Assembly: GCA_049724395.1 (NCBI GenBank)
Contig: JAUGWO010000086.1
Location: 1 to 64,000 of the forward strand
Length of the DNA stretch: 64,000 nt
Source: Spongospora subterranea f. sp. subterranea
Taxonomy: Eukaryota
Reading direction: 5' to 3'
The translations under genes and the position numbers were made by a program. A model generated the notes under the pieces. That model did no database searches, was not told the origin of the DNA, and worked only from the letters and a program-made list of their open reading frames with translations. This document shows, in pieces, positions 1 to 10,378 of the stretch. Position 1 is the stretch's first letter, and the number at the start of each line of letters is the position of its first letter.

Positions 1-53
1 GCAAAACTCTACTTAAATCGTGAAGGTAGTTTACTTGCTTACTTGTTAAAGTA

Positions 54-1217
54 AGGCAGAAAGAATACCTGTTGTTACATCAGCCGCCGCCTCCTGTAGT
101 ATATGATTCACCTTCTTGTAGTTGCCAAGACGCCCCATCGCCTGTTTTTCCTCGTGCACTGAATCCATCGACGCTTCATCGTCTGGCACTGAATCCATCA
201 CCCCCCCCCCCTCGTAAAGCTCCTCGTCAGGCAATTCGTCAGGCACAACCACCATCCCCTCCTTCATGCTCAGGATCGTCTGATACTAAATCCACCACCC
301 CCTACGGTTAATCATCACCAACCTGCTCTTCAGGCACCACCACCACCCCCTCCTCTTCAACCTCAGGATCGTCTCAACCCAAATCCACCAACTCCTCCTC
401 AGGCTAACCATCACAAACCTGCTCTTCAGGCATCAAATCCACCACCACCCACTCCTCTTCATGCTCAGGATCGTCTGACATGAAATCCACCACCCCCTCC
501 TCGTCAGGCACTAAATCCATCACCCCCTCCTCTTCATGCTCAGGACCCGTTCCATACCAAATTCACCACCCCCTCCTCGCAAGCTAATCATCACCAACCT
601 GCTCTTCAGGCATCAAATCCACCACCGCCCCCTCCTCTTCATGCTCAGGATCGGCTGATACGAATCCACCACCCCCTCATCGTAAGGCTAATCGTCAGGC
701 TACTCGCAAGGCACTAAATCCACCACCCGCTCCTCGACGTGGTTCACGACCTCCTCCTCGATCCCGGCTGCGAGGCTTGTGAGCGAACTTGGTCTGCATC
801 AGTCAACTTAAAAACACAGTTTATTTTTTTTAGGACGCAAGAAGTCGCGATATCCGTTTGCTAAATCAGTTTCGATCTTCCAAATGCGACAAACCGCAGG
901 ATCTGATGCAAAGTAGTCACAACGGCGGATGCAGCCCCTATTTTCGCAGCACACCACCTCCGTTGCCTCCAGTTCACTTTGACGGTCCTCCTTCACCGAC
1001 CGAACTACATGCATTATCAGCCGCTTGCAGCCAGTTATTCACCTCTCCCTGAACGCGACCACGCCCAATCACCGCATCTTCCCGTAAGAATTTGAATCCT
1101 CCGCCGCCTCCTCCAAAATGGCCAGCCCATTGCCACCGCAAGATTGCATATGCAGGTTGGTCTCTCTCCACCGTAATTGCTAATTTGGTTCGTCTTCATC
1201 GCTACCGCGGGACGCAT
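54..1217 (-). pseudogene. Decayed gene: Cys-rich (possibly GRF-like zinc finger) N-terminus followed by a tandem acidic repeat exon
   Basis: Minus strand 1217-808 gives Cys clusters (RPTCICNLAVA; CCENRGCIRRCDYF) in shifting frames. 790-70 encodes repeated (E)EEGVVDL(V/M)(S/P)DDPEHEEE units broken by TAG/TAA stops and frameshifts. Confidence 0.45.
190..745. repeat. Degenerate tandem repeat built from tcctcttcatgctcaggatcgtctga / aaatccaccacccc / aacctgctcttcaggca modules
   Basis: These modules recur several times with small variations across 190-745. Confidence 0.85.
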
Positions 1218-1596
1218 TCGTTATTCAAAAAGTGTGACCACCTTGTGGTCGGTCAATGAGATATTCAGTAAATTCTAGTCTCCACAATTTTTCTGATCGT
1301 TTTTTACCTACTCCGCCCCAATGATGAACCGCGGAACAAAATCGCTTCAGCAAAGTTCTTTAGAACGTCAAAATTTGAATCTATAGAAAGCACTGTGACC
1401 CTGTATTGTAGTTAATACTAAAAGGAGATCACGCTGCACCTTGCAATATTACAATAATTCAAAGGAGTTTTGACTCTATCTCGTATTGATCTTAAATTTG
1501 GCATATTAGCTTTGCTGGAGTCTCATGGCCATTGGATTCCCTTGGCAGCTCGTCCTTGCCCTCACTTGCTTTCCGTCTTGCCCTTGTCCTTAACTC

Positions 1597-3750
1597 TGTG
1601 GTGTGATATGATATGGTATGGTACATACTACAAGGCTTTTCCTACTTCCGCCTTTCCCACAGCTGCACCGGCACGTCGACGGCAGCGATGTTAGACCAGC
1701 TGGATTCAGCAACATAACCTGTCCTACGACCATACCGAATGGGACCTGCCCCCACCCGATTACATTGCCTAATACAGAGTCTGATTCACTTGCAAGGTAA
1801 CTTGTATTCATATTATGGCCATGTGGTCAGAGTTCAGTAAAGACTAAACATATCTACATAAAGCAGCCTGCACCGGGGTTCATTCGACTGAATTTGGGCC
1901 ATGGCCTTCTCATGGCTCCAGATTGCTTCGGTCTGTCGGCCGGTAGTGTTTTGTAGGTCGATGCATTTCTTGAGGCGGCTTTTGAATACTTCGCATTGTA
2001 GCACCTGATGTTCTAAGGTTTCGTATGGTTGAGCAGTGTCTGCAATGTTCGGCGAGGCCTCGCGCAGCGTGAAGTTCCGCATCCGCATCTGACGGGTCCA
2101 GGGCTCTTCTGAAAATTAGCATGTGTGGTATGGATTCACCTGGTAGTTTGAGAAACGGATTTCTATCCGGGTAGTTTTGGAAGTCCTGTGTTTACGTTCG
2201 CCTTCAGGTACTGTTATAATTGACTTCGCTCGTATTTCCTAAGTTGTAGTTTGAAGGATGCCAGAAATGGTCCATGCTCTATTTTGGTCCCAATATTCGC
2301 CGCATTTTTTTCTAGTTGATCAATTTCATTGCTTCGTCCTATCGCTTTTGAGTTGTCATTATCAGATGTGCCATTTGTGTGGTGGACATGACTTGGTACG
2401 TAGTGAATGTGTATCTGATTACGACAGGTTAATTTCGCTAGTAGTCGAGCAGAGTCTGCCACAACTGCATATACTCTTCGAGGTTTGATAGGTAATGATT
2501 GGAATTGGCTTACCCAGGATAACGAGTCTGTCATAATGTGGGTCGTTCTGTTTTTGAATCTCTGATCTAGGGCCAGTTCTAGACCAGCATGTACTGCAAT
2601 GATCTCGGCTTCGTAACTCGAGGTGATTTTGCGACTCAGTTTGATTTGCGACTTCTCCTCATTGTGATTTGCCTCTACACCTTTGGTGCTTTGTATCGAA
2701 TAAGGGCAGCAGCACCCCCTTTTTTGCCTTTAGTATAACTGCCATCAGTCCATATTTCTACATCCTGAGTCTCGTGGAAGAAGTGCGTTTCGTTTGTGCT
2801 TTTCAATTGCCTGCTATCGCGTGGATTTGTCAGTCCAGCGCTGTATACAGAGGAGGCATCGGCAATATCTAGCGGGCGCAATTGTTTTGTATCCGTGACT
2901 GTCCTGAGAAGCTTTAAATTCGCCAAGCCATCGCAATCCTATCCATTTGGTGTAGTCCTGTCCCAGTTGTGATCCGTTGGCGCGCGCGGCTAAAACCGTC
3001 AGCATCGTGGCTGCGCTAATAATTTTGTCAACAATAACGTAGACCACAGAATAATCCGTTACACCGTAGTTTTCACTAAAGCACAAATATATCCCGTAGT
3101 TTTGGTGATCCGACCACAACAGACTCGGACAGCTGATTTATGAACTTACCTTTGAACTGTACGCAGACAACTGGATCAATCCACTAGTCCGTTGGATCAG
3201 CAAACCAGTGACCAGTACGTTACCCTGGGTACAACTTGTTCAAGTCATTTGACTTCAAGAAAGAATTGTTGCGGAAGGGTAATACGGTCCAATTGTCCGG
3301 TGAGCGAGTCGAAATTGGAGTTTGGTTCAGTTAAAGCCTATAGCATTACTGTCATAACTGCAGACTCCATCTTCGCGTAGATGGAAAATGTGGGACAAAC
3401 TTATCGCAGCTGAGTTCAGTTCAACCACCCTGAAAAATTGCTGCATTAGCCAGGGGTCGATGATGAAGAGCCACTTGGTCAACAAACTCATTGCCGCGTC
3501 CAGCACTGCTATCTCGAACTGCTCTTCAGGATCGGCCCCTTTGCCTAATGCAATCAATTCTTCAGGGCTGGCTGACAGGAACTCAATGCGATAAGTTTGC
3601 CCATCTGGGATTGAGGAGGGGATGTCGGCATCGTTCGTCAAGAAGGTTGCGCGCCATTCTGAGTAGTGATGAACTGGTCAATGAGCTCGGTTAAATTGCA
3701 CGTCATCGATGGGAATATTCGTTGCTGGCGTCTGGTAGCATGAATCCTTG
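1597..3750 (-). mobile_element. Degenerate non-LTR retrotransposon (LINE ORF2 with RT remnant, RNase H and C-terminal zinc knuckle)
   Basis: RNase H motifs IWTDGS..GGAA (2675-2926), SSYEAE, HIMTDSLS, IHYVPSH, NEIDQL (2214-2640). ETLEHQVLQC knuckle (~1995-2025). Possible RT remnants QGG and YA(E)D near 3370-3435. 5-bp repeat tail (minus strand CCATACCATATCATATCA) at ~1603-1623. Stops and frameshifts throughout; upstream boundary approximate. Confidence 0.75.
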
Positions 3751-3779
3751 TGAAAAAGGGAGAAAGACACCGAAATACT

Positions 3780-4615
3780 TTCTTGAATGAGCTGTTCAAG
3801 CAATGAGATACATCTTTGATGCGAATTGAGAACTTACTGGTAAACAGAGACTGCAGTAGACATAGTCGTATGAATTTGAATGAAACCGGGAGTCAACATG
3901 ACGATCTCGGAAATGCCTGCCCATGGTTTCAGAACGAGGACAATAATAAGCGCACGAAAGACATTGATATCCCGAGATGAATTTGACGCCAGGTACAGGT
4001 GGTAATCATTGGCAACTACCATGTATTGTTTCAGTGAAGGATGATTGGCAGAACATATTTCAGCTTCAATCAGCAATAGTGCTTGTTTGACAAAGGCCAA
4101 AGAGGGAGTAGTGCCAGTATGTTTGTCTCGAATGTGTTGGCGAATAACCGGGAGATTGGACTTGACATATCCAGCAGTTTTCGAGTTTAATCAAGCAGCT
4201 CAGCTCTCTCAAATGTCATAAAGAGTGAGACTGGAGAGACCTTCATCCTCTTAACATGGTCACTGATCAGGCTTTCTCCGTACTTGGATCTGCAACATTG
4301 AAGGACATGTCTCCCAAAATTCCATCACTCACGGGAAGTTTCAACTCATGACCTAACACTTACCCGGACATGCCTGCCACCAATTTCGTCGATCACACAA
4401 GCAACCAAGCTCGTGAGGACTGCCTTGCAAATAATGTCGCAAATCCGCGGCATTGCCACAACCACGGCTAGTAATTCTTTATCGTGGGTCTCTCTGATTT
4501 CGGCAGGTGCGGGGAAATGAAAGATGCGAATGAAATGCTACTTTTATCGATTCATCCAAACATATCCTTGCCTGTGACTAATATCTGTGATGGCAAACTT
4601 GAGGCATCAGTTTGG
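3780..4615 (-). mobile_element. Degenerate Ty3/gypsy pol remnant (RNase H to integrase part)
   Basis: Minus-strand QTDAS at 4615-4600, KVAFHS, HDKELLAVVVA and RHYLQG (4545-4420), and integrase-like KPWAGIS (~3930). Frameshifted. Confidence 0.75.
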
Positions 4616-6992
4616 TAGGGGTGGGCACATGACGGTGAAAGTCCGGAGTTAACCGGTTAACCTGACGGTCCCGGTTAACCGGTCAAACGCTTTTTTTGTA
4701 ACCGGTTAACCGCCCGGTTAACCGGTCAAATCTTGCAAAAATAGAAGTTGGATTTTCTGAACCCAACGCCTTATTCAGACTATGTAGGTCACCCCTAATA
4801 TCGTTAAAACTTTCGTACGGCATTTTTCTGACCTCGCAATTAGCAATCGGCAATCACTAGTCAATACACACCATTTTTCAATTAATTTTGTCTACTGTAT
4901 ATCTTTCAACTGCCTTGCTTCAATAATGAGTGATTCCTATTCCCTCGATCGTAGTAGCTGTTCTTCCAATTCAGATTTGGAGACTTTGCCCACTGATGGT
5001 GCTATTACTGTTCCATCGCAAACAGTAACTTCAAAGGTTACCAACTGTGGTCGTAAGCGCAAATTATCTGCCAACTCTTCTTGGATTTGGAATTATTTTG
5101 AAAAACGCGATACTGGCATCATCTGCTCTCAGTGTTCCAGCAAAAAGCGAAAGATCTATTCTATCAGAACCGGAAATAGCTCGCTTAAACGTCATCTTGA
5201 GGTCGCCCACAAACTCAAGCAAGATGGCAAAACAGGAGATCCCAACCAGAGTACTCTGGATGTAACTGGTAATGTGGTGGATCCTCTGGCGATGGATGAT
5301 GAAAAGAAGGCGGAACTGCTGAAATCTTTGGTGGAGTTTGTTGTTGATAACAAGCAACCCTTCCGTTTGGTTGAGTCCAAGTCGTTTGCAATCTTCTGCA
5401 GCAAAATGAACCGCAGATTTATCTTGCCTAGCCGTCGTACTTTCGTGAGGTCCTTGCATGACGAATATGCAGAAGCCCTGCAAAGCTTTTTGTTACAAAT
5501 CGAGCGCATTCCTGGCCAAGTAGCACTCACGTTAGATGGATGGTCTTCAAGAGTCATGAAGGGGTATTTGGTTATCACAATGCACTGGATAGACGAAAGA
5601 TGGTGCTTGAAAAATGCTGTATTGGAATTTAAATATTTTCCTCGTCCTCATAACCAGCATACCACAAGTGACTTGATAATCACGATTTTGAAGGAATTTA
5701 ATATCCATACAAAAGTTCGCGCGATCACGTCGGATAGTGGTGGCGAGATGGTTCCAGCCATCAAACTTGTTCACTCCTATCTCCAGCGTGAGTTGGCGTT
5801 AAATTTCTGCAGTACAATCGACTTTCATATGCGCTGTGTTTGCCATGTGATAAACCGAGCTGTTGTTGACGCGACTGCGCTAATCAAACGTGAGGTTTCA
5901 TTGCTCCGAGATCTGCTGAAGATGGTTCGAGGTTCAGGGATGATCCGTCAAAAATATGCTGATCTCAGTGTAGTGCTTGGTCGGGCAACAAAGCAAGTTG
6001 TGCCGAATCTAGATGTCGAAACTAGATGGAACTCTATGTTCTTGATGGTTGAAGATTCCTTCAAGAATAAAGACATTTTGGAGGCTATCTGCAATCAAGA
6101 GGAGTTCCTGGACAAGCTTGGGCCGTTGAAATTGTCAGACATGGATTGGCGCATTCTCAAATCCTGCAAAGATTTCCTGTCTTCGGCGTATCAGTGCACA
6201 AAGGCTGCAAGTGGTCAAAATTTCGTCACGCTTGCCATGCAGCCATTGATCTACTCACATCTAAAAAGCCTATGTGAGTCTACCATTTCAGGCACTACAA
6301 CTACAGGGTTCACAACCCCCAAAGTTAAAGCTGCGGCAGAGGCGATGCTATACAAGCTTGAGAAGTATTCCGGGAACCTGAACAACAACACGGCTACCAT
6401 CGCTTTGTTCTTGGATCCAAGACGAAGCAGCTCTGATGCGTCTGAGGAAACGAAGCGATTAATCCGAGAAATCTTAGCTACTGATTATGGTTATTTGCCT
6501 GTTCAGCAGGAGGACATGGACTCAACAGCATTCAATCTGTTTGCTTCCCTGTCGGACCCACAGCAGGACGTTGTCACGGATGAAGTGGAAGACTTCTGCT
6601 TCATGACTTTGAAGGCCGATAAGTCGTGTAAATGTCCAGTCGCGTGGTGGAAGCAGCAGACTGGGCGCTTCCCGAAGCTAAGCCTTCTGGCTCGTGATAC
6701 TCTGATGATAATGGGGTCGTCTGTCGCTTCGGAATCAGCCTTCTCTGATTCTGGTGATTTTGTTAGTGCCGATCGCACAATGTTATCTGACGAGAACATA
6801 ACGGTGATGATGAAATTACGGTCGTGGAACCGTTTGATCGGCAAGTTTGATTAAATAAATATATTTATGGAGTTTGTCGTTAAATTTTAAATTAACCGGT
6901 TAACTGGTTGGTTAACCGGTTAATTAACTGGTTAACCGGTCCGGTGTTTTTTTGGGACCGGTTAACCATTGACCGACTTGTGCCCACCCCTA
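4616..6992 (+). mobile_element. Intact autonomous hAT DNA transposon
   Basis: Perfect 14-bp TIRs TAGGGGTGGGCACA (4616) and TGTGCCCACCCCTA (ends 6992). Subterminal arrays of AACCGGTT/GGTTAACC at both ends. Uninterrupted transposase ORF. Confidence 0.95.
4926..6854 (+). CDS. hAT transposase, 642 aa, intronless
   Basis: BED finger (WIWNYF..CSQC..LKRHLEVAH), LDGWSS, TSDSG, RCVCH (CxxH), TRWNS, FLDPR, and C-terminal dimerisation region WWK..FPKLSLLARD..SESAFS. Confidence 0.96.
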   Translation: MSDSYSLDRSSCSSNSDLETLPTDGAITVPSQTVTSKVTNCGRKRKLSANSSWIWNYFEKRDTGIICSQCSSKKRKIYSIRTGNSSLKRHLEVAHKLKQDGKTGDPNQSTLDVTGNVVDPLAMDDEKKAELLKSLVEFVVDNKQPFRLVESKSFAIFCSKMNRRFILPSRRTFVRSLHDEYAEALQSFLLQIERIPGQVALTLDGWSSRVMKGYLVITMHWIDERWCLKNAVLEFKYFPRPHNQHTTSDLIITILKEFNIHTKVRAITSDSGGEMVPAIKLVHSYLQRELALNFCSTIDFHMRCVCHVINRAVVDATALIKREVSLLRDLLKMVRGSGMIRQKYADLSVVLGRATKQVVPNLDVETRWNSMFLMVEDSFKNKDILEAICNQEEFLDKLGPLKLSDMDWRILKSCKDFLSSAYQCTKAASGQNFVTLAMQPLIYSHLKSLCESTISGTTTTGFTTPKVKAAAEAMLYKLEKYSGNLNNNTATIALFLDPRRSSSDASEETKRLIREILATDYGYLPVQQEDMDSTAFNLFASLSDPQQDVVTDEVEDFCFMTLKADKSCKCPVAWWKQQTGRFPKLSLLARDTLMIMGSSVASESAFSDSGDFVSADRTMLSDENITVMMKLRSWNRLIGKFD

Positions 6993-7334
6993 GATTCGGG
7001 GTCAACTGGCGGCTCGTGATTGAGACGAACAAGGAGGGATCCTTCAGAGTTCGTTCCTGTTCAGGTCGTCGAATGCTGCTGCTGCGAAAGGTATAAGGCA
7101 ACCCCCATGCCGGTAACATCTAAGCCGCGAGCGACCCTGAAAATGCTGTGAACATTAGAGGCATCGAACACGCCGACTTTAGCCATGATGACGAACGGCC
7201 ACGATGATCATCCGTTACCATCCCCTGGCCAAAGTTTCGACCGCCCTGACAGGTGAACAAAGTTTGGAGTGTTTTAGGAAGTGAACAATTTAACGGTACT
7301 CAGTGCCCAAAGCTTTCAGTTGAACACGTTGATA
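6993..7334 (-). mobile_element. Continuation of the Ty3/gypsy remnant (RT to RNase H connection)
   Basis: Minus strand FTAFSGSLAA and AAAFDDL resemble the gypsy RT end. LLVRLNHEPPVDPES joins QTDAS in frame across the hAT insertion. Confidence 0.55.
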
Positions 7335-7336
7335 TA

Positions 7337-9919
7337 CAGTACCGGACATCTTAACTTGACACGCTTTTCAATTTGGAATTTGAAAACTGCGCGCACAATT
7401 TAAGAAACACCGTGCGGGTAAAATTAAATTGCGCAATTGCAACTGATAAACCAACAGTAATTATTCATGTGTATCAAATTTGGAGGTCTTCCAGCATCCT
7501 TTTTGGCAGGCTGCGATGGCGCTTGTATTTCTTAACAGCAAATTCTACCTGGCGTGGCGATAGTTTATTGCCGTCTTGACCGGTCACTCGATACGCATCG
7601 ATATATCGATAACACTTTCTGGCGAATCTTCGGATCTGTGTCAACGACACGCTTGAAAGAGCGATCGGCACGATCTTCACTAGATCCCGAAAAGAATATG
7701 TACAATTCTTCCTGATGAAACTTTTACACGCCGCCCAGAACATTTCTATAAAATTCATTTCGCAGTGAAACTTTGGATAATAGTCGATGATTCCACCACT
7801 TTGTTCCACGATTTCCGTTAACCACTCCCGCTGCTCTTGGAAATCGGGTTGTTCCTGCAGCAATGCCCGCGCACCAGCTAACGACATGGAATTATTCCAC
7901 AGTCCACGTTCAGTCAGAATCGTTCGGAGTCCTTTCTGTACGCCTTGATCATCCTGCATGGGCTGAGTCACTTTTTGGCCTTCCTGGATGAACCATCCGT
8001 TCCGTTGAGACCTGATGTTCTTTCCGCCATCTTTTACTGTTAGGACCTTTGCGTTGAGTGCATCGGGTGGCAGGGCATGATGGTTCTGCGAGTTATCAAA
8101 CAGGACCAAAGCTTGACAATTCGGATGGAGAATCCTGAAAATTGGCAAAACTTTATCGCCCAGCTGCTTTGCTAGATCAGCATTCGTCCAGTATCCATCC
8201 GAGTTTTTACCGGGCTTTATGATTACCACTGATTGAATAGGAACGCCAGGGTTCTGAGCTTGCTGTTCGTCATCGAGTTTTAGGGGCCCATGACACTCGC
8301 ACAAAAATTCTGACACCATTACACTCCTCCCTTCTCCCTTGGGCCGTAATGGCATATGGTTATCATCAATCCATATAGTTTTTTTCCCGTCGTAAGAGCT
8401 GAAGCATGATTCATCATGTGTTAATAAAATTAATTTTTTCTCCCCGGGTGCAAGCGTTGGCTCCACAATATTCATCAGCTCGTCTCCTTCAAATTTTGCC
8501 ATCCTTCGATCGTAGACGTCCATTCGAGATAAAAACGACTCTCTATATATGACGACATCTTCCCTTTCATGGCCGTCATTATACAGACCTTTCTTATATC
8601 CTCCAAAACGCAAACCCAGCGTGTTCAACCACCGTGTTGCCGTTCTTTCTGAGATCGTGACAGGATTACCCATTTTCAAACGGACGTGTAATTCAGCTTT
8701 CACCCATTGCGAGAATGATAATCCAGATACAGCGTCGTTCCGCTGCGATCGTAGCCATATCATGCATTCCTTGGCGACATCTTCGTCATTCACAAGTGAT
8801 TTGACCTTGATAAAACAACCTTGGCGGTGACATGGTAGCTTTTGGTGACGAAGGAAAAAACTCGCCCATCGCCTGATCTTTCGCGAATATGATTCAGCAT
8901 TGTTGTTTGGAAAAAACTGAGATGCAACTTGTTTCGAAGCTTGCATCATCGTAATAGAGTTCTGACGCAAAGTAAGATATTGCTTAATTGCATGATATCG
9001 AAGATAATCATATTTGGAAATGTCCTTCAAGCTTTTTTCGATGGTTTGGGAGCAGTTGAAGGCTGTAAGATCTTCAAGAAGTTTTAGGGCACTGTGGCCG
9101 GAGATATCTTTCCCATTTTCTGACTCAGAATCGGACGATAATCCATCGCAAACCGACTGCCCATTAGTGGTTTGTCGAACGCATGAACTAAAATACTCCC
9201 GAATCTTGTGATTGTTTGATGACGAGTCGATTTTCGCTTGGTTGGCTTTTTTTCTTCTCCACAACGTAGTCGTGCTATTCTTAGAGTAACTGTTACGAAG
9301 ATGTGATCCAGCTCCAGGGATCCATTTCAAAAACGAGGTCGTTGATGAATCAATTTCTTTGTCAGTCAAGACCTCATCATTCGAAAAGTAAAAATCATCA
9401 CCTTGACTGTCGCTATGATCAGCATCAGGTTCAGGTTCGGCCAACGACTTCAATTTTTTGCATTCTCTCGCGTGGTGTAATTGCATTGAGCGTTTAGTTT
9501 TACGAGCCATTGAAATTGAGGACTGAGATTGAATTGGTTTCGATACGTTAGCAGGGTCGTCGTGAAAATCACAGGATTTCGAGGGGGTGACCTGGGTCTA
9601 GTTTTGTATACGCACTAACAAAACTGCGGGCGCAGTAACAATGTGCGCGCGCAAAAAAACCTAATATGCGTACGCAAAAATTGAGGTGTTTCGTTTTCGC
9701 CCATACAAAATTCAATTTCCTTGCCCACCATACAAACGGGAAATTCTATTTCACAGTCAATATTTGACTTTGAAAAAATCTAACTCTGTCACAATGTTGA
9801 TCTCGCCGAGATCTAACCAATAACAGCGAGTGTTGAAACAAAAACCACATAATCGTTCCTCTGAAACAAATTCCCGTGGGTCCCATACAAAGTGTGTCAG
9901 GTTAAGCTGTCCGGTACTG
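7337..9919 (-). mobile_element. Intact IS630/Tc1/mariner-superfamily DNA transposon
   Basis: 31-bp TIRs CAGTACCGGACA(T/G)CTTAAC(T/C)TGACAC(G/A)CTTT with 3 mismatches, each flanked by TA (7335-7336 and 9920-9921). Confidence 0.93.
7474..9510 (-). CDS. DDE transposase, 678 aa (IS630/Tc1-like, long D-E spacer)
   Basis: HTH-like ISERTATRWLNTLG, DGHEREDV, catalytic-type HDES, FDNS and YPKFHCEMNFIE motifs. No stops. Confidence 0.93.
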   Translation of the reverse strand: MARKTKRSMQLHHARECKKLKSLAEPEPDADHSDSQGDDFYFSNDEVLTDKEIDSSTTSFLKWIPGAGSHLRNSYSKNSTTTLWRRKKANQAKIDSSSNNHKIREYFSSCVRQTTNGQSVCDGLSSDSESENGKDISGHSALKLLEDLTAFNCSQTIEKSLKDISKYDYLRYHAIKQYLTLRQNSITMMQASKQVASQFFPNNNAESYSRKIRRWASFFLRHQKLPCHRQGCFIKVKSLVNDEDVAKECMIWLRSQRNDAVSGLSFSQWVKAELHVRLKMGNPVTISERTATRWLNTLGLRFGGYKKGLYNDGHEREDVVIYRESFLSRMDVYDRRMAKFEGDELMNIVEPTLAPGEKKLILLTHDESCFSSYDGKKTIWIDDNHMPLRPKGEGRSVMVSEFLCECHGPLKLDDEQQAQNPGVPIQSVVIIKPGKNSDGYWTNADLAKQLGDKVLPIFRILHPNCQALVLFDNSQNHHALPPDALNAKVLTVKDGGKNIRSQRNGWFIQEGQKVTQPMQDDQGVQKGLRTILTERGLWNNSMSLAGARALLQEQPDFQEQREWLTEIVEQSGGIIDYYPKFHCEMNFIEMFWAACKSFIRKNCTYSFRDLVKIVPIALSSVSLTQIRRFARKCYRYIDAYRVTGQDGNKLSPRQVEFAVKKYKRHRSLPKRMLEDLQI

Positions 9920-9929
9920 TACCAAGATA

Positions 9930-10120
9930 TTGAATTCACTGGCTTGAAAAAGTGCGGCCAGTGAATCAAGCCAGTGAATTCAACGTACCCAATATATATT
10001 GACCAAGAGCCACAATCAGTTTGTTGCCAGTCTATTCTCGTATCTATAGTACAAAGACTGGCCACTTTAACTGGCCATCCGCGCACTTTTCGAAATGGCC
10101 AGTTAAAGTGGCCAGTCTTT
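9930..10120. repeat. Two perfect hairpins (18-bp and 26-bp stems)
   Basis: 9930-9947 pairs with 9966-9983 (TTGAATTCACTGGCTTGA). 10053-10078 pairs with 10095-10120 (AAAGACTGGCCACTTTAACTGGCCAT). Confidence 0.95.
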
Positions 10121-10199
10121 TCTGGGCCCCCATTTTCAAGTGACTTCGCCCAGTGTTGGATCAATTTGGATCCACATTGAGTCTATAGTCGTGGCGGCA

Positions 10200-10310
10200 C
10201 CCACACGGCAGTGGTGATGTGTACAGTGTATCCCTCACATGGCAGTGGGGACGTGTACAGTGTACATTGTGGCCCCCACATGGCAGTGGTGATGTGATGA
10301 GTACAGTGTA
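10200..10310 (+). repeat. Three imperfect direct repeats of CACAYGGCAGTGGKGAYGTG(..)TACAGTGTA upstream of RAD52
   Basis: Copies start at ~10202, 10236 and 10277. Confidence 0.85.
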
Positions 10311-10378
10311 GGGTTCCTCATGTTAACATGAACTGGTATTTATTCCGTGTTATTATTCAAACCATAAATGATATATTG

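Noticed and set aside
70..790. Stop-codon reassignment explaining in-frame TAG/TAA
   Set aside because: The region also has frameshifts, and intact genes in the window end in TAA, TAG or TGA normally.
4616..9919. Fanzor/TnpB cargo in the intact DNA transposons
   Set aside because: Each element is almost filled by its transposase. No second ORF or RuvC/zinc-finger motifs are visible.
10200..10310. CRISPR-like repeat-spacer array
   Set aside because: Only three imperfect copies with very short, uneven gaps.
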